Source of the DNA: Pseudobdellovibrionaceae bacterium
Lineage (GTDB): Bacteria; Bdellovibrionota; Bdellovibrionia; Bdellovibrionales; Bdellovibrionaceae
DNA length: 18,760 bases
Assembly (NCBI GenBank): GCA_044359815.1
Contig: JBIKLL010000056.1
Coordinates: forward strand, 1-18,760
Reading direction: 5' to 3'
Shown here: positions 14,373-18,760 of the stretch, in pieces
Position numbering within the stretch: the stretch's first letter is position 1
How the letters are laid out: every line of letters begins with the position of its first letter
The notes under the pieces: generated by a model
What the model saw: only the letters and a program-made list of their open reading frames with translations
What the model was told of the DNA's origin: nothing
Databases searched by the model: none
Translations under genes and position numbers: made by a program

Positions 14373-15668
14373 ATGAAGCTTGGATTCCTGACCCTATTAT
14401 CGATAGTAATATCAACTGGCATCAGCCTGCAGGCCGTTGCCGCTTGCTATGAAGGTCTGCAAATACAGAAGCAGCGCCAGTTCAGAGGGTTTTCATTCAG
14501 AATGCTGCCCGATTCAAAAATTTGTGAAAAACACAGTGGCATTTATGTTTTTAGTAATTCAGAAGGCAAAAAACCAGTCAGCATTTATCACCGCGAGCTG
14601 GAGTATTCAATCAGTTACCAGAATCAATCTGATGCCACTGGCCCGGCCAACAGTTTTTGTCAGAGCATGGGATTTCAAAGAACTTTCCCTGCTGACAATG
14701 AGCTTTTTGACGTCATACAAAGCTTTGACACAATGGCCACTGTGGATTTGTGGTTGTTAAATATTTTGCAGATCGGAAGTGATTCGGTCTATCGACACGC
14801 TGAAAACGTACAGGTTCCCAAATTAGAAACCAAAGACGATGTTAATTTAGTAGTCCCCAGATTGACTTTGGGAATCAGCAATCGCTTTTATAAAACCATT
14901 GCCTGCCAAGGCTTGCTGCAGAAAAAATCTCAGAAGGCATCAGTGTTTTTAAAAGCCCGATTGGATCAAAATAAGTTCGCCAGATTGGGAACGGTGGCTG
15001 GAGATCTGCAGGGTGACCGAGAGCTGATTGAAATTTTAAAGCCTATCAAGCATGGGATCATGGTCAGCAGCAGGATCACTCCTGCATTGAGTGCCGATGG
15101 GTCTGTGATCATAGAAGAGTGTTTGTTCCGAAACAAAATTCAGTTTATGAATTTGTCTGCCAGTGATCGGTCGCAATGCACCCCTGGAGCGATCAGAGCA
15201 AAGTATTTGGATAAGGTCGCATTATATGCTGTGCCTGTCAGATTGGCCTTTGTACCCAAGGGCACTGAAGATGAATTTCAAGTGATGCTTTCTGTGGATA
15301 AAATGAGGCTCAACGCTGCTGGGCGAGCAGCCTGTACCTTGGCTGGTTTGAAATTTAATGAATCAAAAGTTGGTAGCATTGATTTGCTGACACCAAGGCT
15401 CAGAAGAATCAAAATCCCTATGTCTGATGTCAAAACTTTTGTCATAGAGAATTTTCCGGGTCACAGGCAGTCGCAAAACAGTGACCAATTATTGGTCAGA
15501 ACTTTTTCCATTCTAAAAAATGGTGACCTGGGAATTCAAAGCGAGAAGACCTTGAACTACAGAGACTATAATCAATCAGTTGAGATTCCTTGGAACAACA
15601 CGCGCAGTCCCGTCCCGTTTGGGAAACAATTACTTGTGGGTCTGAAAAGCGTGGAATGTGATCTGTGA
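14373..15668 (+). CDS. Secreted hypothetical protein with a probable internal duplication
   Basis: ATG 14373 gives a clean signal peptide (MKLGFLTLLSIVISTGISLQAVAA); the track start is TTG 14349. Eight Cys. No family recognised. Confidence 0.75.
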   Translation: MKLGFLTLLSIVISTGISLQAVAACYEGLQIQKQRQFRGFSFRMLPDSKICEKHSGIYVFSNSEGKKPVSIYHRELEYSISYQNQSDATGPANSFCQSMGFQRTFPADNELFDVIQSFDTMATVDLWLLNILQIGSDSVYRHAENVQVPKLETKDDVNLVVPRLTLGISNRFYKTIACQGLLQKKSQKASVFLKARLDQNKFARLGTVAGDLQGDRELIEILKPIKHGIMVSSRITPALSADGSVIIEECLFRNKIQFMNLSASDRSQCTPGAIRAKYLDKVALYAVPVRLAFVPKGTEDEFQVMLSVDKMRLNAAGRAACTLAGLKFNESKVGSIDLLTPRLRRIKIPMSDVKTFVIENFPGHRQSQNSDQLLVRTFSILKNGDLGIQSEKTLNYRDYNQSVEIPWNNTRSPVPFGKQLLVGLKSVECDL

Positions 15669-15685
15669 TCTGATATCTTTCTGCA

Positions 15686-16636
15686 ATGTCTAGAATTTTT
15701 CAAATTTTTTGCTTAGCTGCTTTTGGTTTTCTGTTGCTGAATGGCTGTCAGAAAAAGCCCCAACAAGAAGCGTCCCAAGATGTTCAATGTCAGGGTGGAC
15801 ACTTTTTTGGAAGTCAGATTGTAATGGGAAAAAGCATTTCAGATTCTGAGGATTTAGCTAAATACACAGTGATGGTTGGTTTTCAAGTCAGTGAAGGAAC
15901 AAAAATTTCGTCCCGAATTTGCACAGGCACTGTGATCGGCAGCAAAAAAGTTTTAACAGCTGCACACTGTGTGAAAGATGAAAATCCAAAAATTATTTTA
16001 TCTAACTACCATGTGATTTTAAACGCGAAACCAATCTGCAACGAAAGCACTCAAAGTGTAGTGTCTGATAATATTCTGGTTGAATCCTATAGAGTGCATC
16101 CAGCTTATAATCCCAGAAAATATAAATACGATATTGCTGTATTGAATTTGGAATCAGAAATTCCTAATTGGAAATCCATTGCCAAATTGCCAAAAGATTT
16201 TGAGCTAGATCCTGGTACCAAGGTGACTGCTGTGGGTTTTGGTAAAAGCGCTTACAGTGAAGAGCGCAGTCATTCACCGATTGAAATGAAAGTCGGCGAA
16301 ACTCAGATTGTTGATACTGATTTTTATGATAGCATCAATGTTTGGGCTAAAAAGAATGGCGCTGAAAGAAGATTTAGTTCTGATAAGCTGCGACCCAGTC
16401 CTGAAAACGATTTACTGTACATTGATCAGCGATCTGAGTCTGGAATTTGTATGGGTGATTCCGGTGGTCCATTATTTTACAGATCGGCATCTGGCTGGGT
16501 ATTAGTCGGCGTCGCTTCTTTGGTTATTGATGTGAACTCTGTGCCCAATAAAAAATCTGCAGGATACTATGATGCTTGTAAATCCTTAGGCGCTCACACA
16601 AATGTTTATCCTTATTTGGAATGGATTAACGACTGA
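15686..16636 (+). CDS. Lipoprotein S1 (trypsin/chymotrypsin-fold) serine protease
   Basis: Lipobox 'LLNGC', activation-like 'SQ|IVMG', catalytic triad motifs LTAAHC, YDIAV and GDSGGP, and C-terminal 'T.V..Y..WI'. Confidence 0.93.
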   Translation: MSRIFQIFCLAAFGFLLLNGCQKKPQQEASQDVQCQGGHFFGSQIVMGKSISDSEDLAKYTVMVGFQVSEGTKISSRICTGTVIGSKKVLTAAHCVKDENPKIILSNYHVILNAKPICNESTQSVVSDNILVESYRVHPAYNPRKYKYDIAVLNLESEIPNWKSIAKLPKDFELDPGTKVTAVGFGKSAYSEERSHSPIEMKVGETQIVDTDFYDSINVWAKKNGAERRFSSDKLRPSPENDLLYIDQRSESGICMGDSGGPLFYRSASGWVLVGVASLVIDVNSVPNKKSAGYYDACKSLGAHTNVYPYLEWIND

Positions 16637-17885
16637 ATTTTTGCCCGATGTCTTTACGGGCATGCATTCCTGGCCACTGAGCTAATTTGATTTGGTCGTA
16701 AGAATTTTTGATGGCTTCCTTCAGCGTTTCGCCAGTGCCAATTGAACCCAAAACCCTTCCACCTGATGTTAGAATCTGGCCATCAGATATTTTAGTTCCA
16801 GCATGAATGAAATAGGAATTTTTTGTTTCAGCAAAGGCGTCACCGGCAATGGCTAGATTTTTTTGAGGATTAGTGGGGTAGCCAGGAGCCGCCATGATCA
16901 CACAGCAAGCAGACTGATTTGAAAACTGTAGGGGCATCATTTTACCTTGGGATAATTCAAAGCAAGCCTTGGCAAAATCGCTATTTATTAATGGCAAAAT
17001 AACCTGGGTTTCTGGATCACCAAACCGACAATTGTACTCAAGCACCCAAGGATTTTCTTGTTCATCAATTATTAAACCAACAAAGACCACGCCACGGTAA
17101 AGCAGTTTTTCATTTTGCAATTGCTTAAGCGTTGGATTGACGACTTGGTCGATGATTTTCTGATTGAGTTTTTGTGAGATCGGAATGGGGGCAATGGTCC
17201 CCATTCCCCCAGTGTTCGGACCCAGATTGTTTTCATGCAGGCGTTTATGATCTTGGGCCAATGGCAACAGTTGATAGTCAACACCGTTGGTTAAAAAAAT
17301 ATAACTAAGCTCCCAGCCCTGGATAAAACCTTCTAGCAGAGCTTGATTGCCGGCACTGCCGAATATTTTTTTATCAAAACAATCAGCAGCGGCAGCTTCT
17401 AGTTCTGATAAATTTTGTGCCAGGGTCACGCCTTTGCCGGCAGCTAAACCATCGGCCTTAAAAACATAAGGGGGAGTAAAATTTTTTGCAGCATCAAGAG
17501 TTTGTTTTACTGAATTAACAATTTGAAAATGCGAAGTCGGAATCCCTGCGCGTTTTAAAAATTCTTTGCAAAAGATTTTTGAGCTTTCCAATTGTGCAGC
17601 AATCATGGAAGGGGCCACCACGTTGATTCCATTGGTTCTGAGAAAATCAGCTAAACCACTGGCCACAACATCATCTGGACCTATAAAGACAAAATTGACT
17701 GATGCTTTCAGGCAAAAGTCCTTCACTAATTCAAAGTTTTTCCAATCGATTGAAATGCATTCTGCGATTTTTGCGATGCCAGGATTGCCGGTGGCGCAGT
17801 AGACCTTTGAAACAGACTGGGATTCAACGAACTTTTTTACCAGGGCGTGTTCTCTGCCACCCTGTCCAATGACAAGTACTTTCAT
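16626..17885 (-). CDS. purD: Phosphoribosylamine--glycine ligase (GAR synthetase)
   Basis: 'MKVLVIGQGGREHAL', 'GNPG', 'KADGLAAGKGV', 'AQDHKR', 'GPNTGGMG', 'EYNCRFGDPETQ', 'GYP' and 'GGRVL'. Likely start ATG 17885 (track: GTG 17894). Confidence 0.97.
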   Translation of the reverse strand: MKVLVIGQGGREHALVKKFVESQSVSKVYCATGNPGIAKIAECISIDWKNFELVKDFCLKASVNFVFIGPDDVVASGLADFLRTNGINVVAPSMIAAQLESSKIFCKEFLKRAGIPTSHFQIVNSVKQTLDAAKNFTPPYVFKADGLAAGKGVTLAQNLSELEAAAADCFDKKIFGSAGNQALLEGFIQGWELSYIFLTNGVDYQLLPLAQDHKRLHENNLGPNTGGMGTIAPIPISQKLNQKIIDQVVNPTLKQLQNEKLLYRGVVFVGLIIDEQENPWVLEYNCRFGDPETQVILPLINSDFAKACFELSQGKMMPLQFSNQSACCVIMAAPGYPTNPQKNLAIAGDAFAETKNSYFIHAGTKISDGQILTSGGRVLGSIGTGETLKEAIKNSYDQIKLAQWPGMHARKDIGQKFSR

Positions 17886-17908
17886 GCCGGCCACAATAAC
17901 CTACAATT

Positions 17909-18760
17909 ATGGAAAATATAGTCTTTATATCAGGCAAAAGAACACCCTTTGGAGCTTTCGGTGGGTCACTGAAAGATATCTCTGCAACTGACCTCACAGT
18001 TTATTGTGCTAAAGCCACTCTGCAAGCGGCCGGTGCCAAGCCTGATCAGATTGATCACGTGGTTATCGGAAATGTCGTGCAATCAGGTGCGGACGCAGCT
18101 TATCTGGCCAGACATGTGGGATTGAAAACTGGCATTCCAGTTCCAGTTCCGGCTTACATAGTCAACAGACTGTGTGGCAGTGGATTTCAGTCTTGGGTGA
18201 ATGCGGCTCAGATGATAATGACAGGGGAAGCTACTTGCGTGTTGGCGGGTGGTACTGAACAGATGTCACAGGTTCCCTATATCGTCAGGAATGTCAGATT
18301 TGGTGGACTCAGAATGGGGCCCGGTGAACTGGAAGATTACATGACATCGGCTTTGACTGATCAATACACAAAAACTCCGATGGCTATCACCGCAGAAAAT
18401 CTGGGTGAAAAATATAAAATCACTAGGGATCAAGTGGATGAATATTCTGTTTTGTCACAGTCACGTTATAAGGCAGCTTTGCAAAAAGTAATTTTTAAAA
18501 CTGAAATTGATCCGATCACATTGGAAACAAAAAAGGGACCGCAGAAAATTGAAAACGACGAACACCCAAAACCAGATGTGACCTTGGAAAAAGTTAAGGC
18601 AATGAAGCCTTTGTTTAAAAAGGACGGTCTAGTAACTGCAGCAACAGCATCAGGTATTGTTGATGGCGCAGCTTGTTCACTGATTACGTCTGAATCACAG
18701 GCTAAAAAATTAGGTTTAAAACCAATGGCAAAATTGGTGGCTTATGCTTCCGCAGGTTGT
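17909..18760 (+). CDS. Acetyl-CoA C-acyltransferase (thiolase); 3' partial, not in the ORF track
   Basis: Manual translation from ATG 17909: MENIVFISGKRTPFGAFGGSLKDISATDL...GNVVQS...YLARHVGL...VNRLCGSGFQ (active-site Cys)...GGTEQMSQ...MAITAENL...DEHP...SGIVDGAA. Open for 284 codons to the window end. Confidence 0.95.
   Translation, partial: MENIVFISGKRTPFGAFGGSLKDISATDLTVYCAKATLQAAGAKPDQIDHVVIGNVVQSGADAAYLARHVGLKTGIPVPVPAYIVNRLCGSGFQSWVNAAQMIMTGEATCVLAGGTEQMSQVPYIVRNVRFGGLRMGPGELEDYMTSALTDQYTKTPMAITAENLGEKYKITRDQVDEYSVLSQSRYKAALQKVIFKTEIDPITLETKKGPQKIENDEHPKPDVTLEKVKAMKPLFKKDGLVTAATASGIVDGAACSLITSESQAKKLGLKPMAKLVAYASAGC

Noticed and set aside
699..17802. Short alternative-frame or antisense ORFs in the track (e.g. 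699-887, 1594-1782, 1870-2097, 3068-3283, 4622-4840, 5446-6022, 7178-7723, 9186-9557, 9728-9991, 10446-10688, 11817-12074, 12178-12468, 14437-14760, 16308-16505, 17072-17284, 17566-17802)
   Set aside because: They overlap well-supported genes and show no recognisable motifs, so they are treated as shadow ORFs.
1..18760. tRNA, rRNA, CRISPR array, prophage, IS element or frameshifted pseudogene
   Set aside because: Intergenic gaps are all under about 185 nt with no cloverleaf or spaced direct repeats. No integrase, transposase or phage genes, and all recognised genes appear intact apart from window-edge truncation.

Overview
Gene-dense, AT-rich bacterial chromosomal segment, most likely from a predatory Bdellovibrionota-type organism. 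That assignment is inferred from a Bd0055-like histone fold, an 'FQNC' lipobox, and a lipoprotein CE4 deacetylase and S1 protease. Gene order: partial pyruvate dehydrogenase E1-like C-terminus > alpha/beta-hydrolase > HD phosphohydrolase > zinc-finger-histone fusion >< atypical adenosine/AMP-deaminase-family enzyme < HNH endonuclease <> slyD > yajQ > RRM-Gly/Arg-rich RNA-binding protein > tesA-ybbA-ybbP > sua5 > acyltransferase > polysaccharide deacetylase >< beta-solenoid-like lipoprotein <> secreted hypothetical > S1 protease >< purD <> partial thiolase (absent from the ORF track because it runs off the end). I saw no rRNA, tRNA, CRISPR array, integrase or transposase. The most interesting items are: (1) a bacterial histone fused to a Cys6His2 (ZZ-like) zinc finger at the end of a PDH-E1/hydrolase/HD cluster; (2) a tightly coupled HNH nuclease plus an enlarged, motif-variant deaminase directly convergent on the histone gene; (3) a perfect 14-bp terminator hairpin with the tesA start codon in its loop; (4) several candidate leaderless and sigma28-type promoters. 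All family assignments come from motif recognition by eye; no searches were run.
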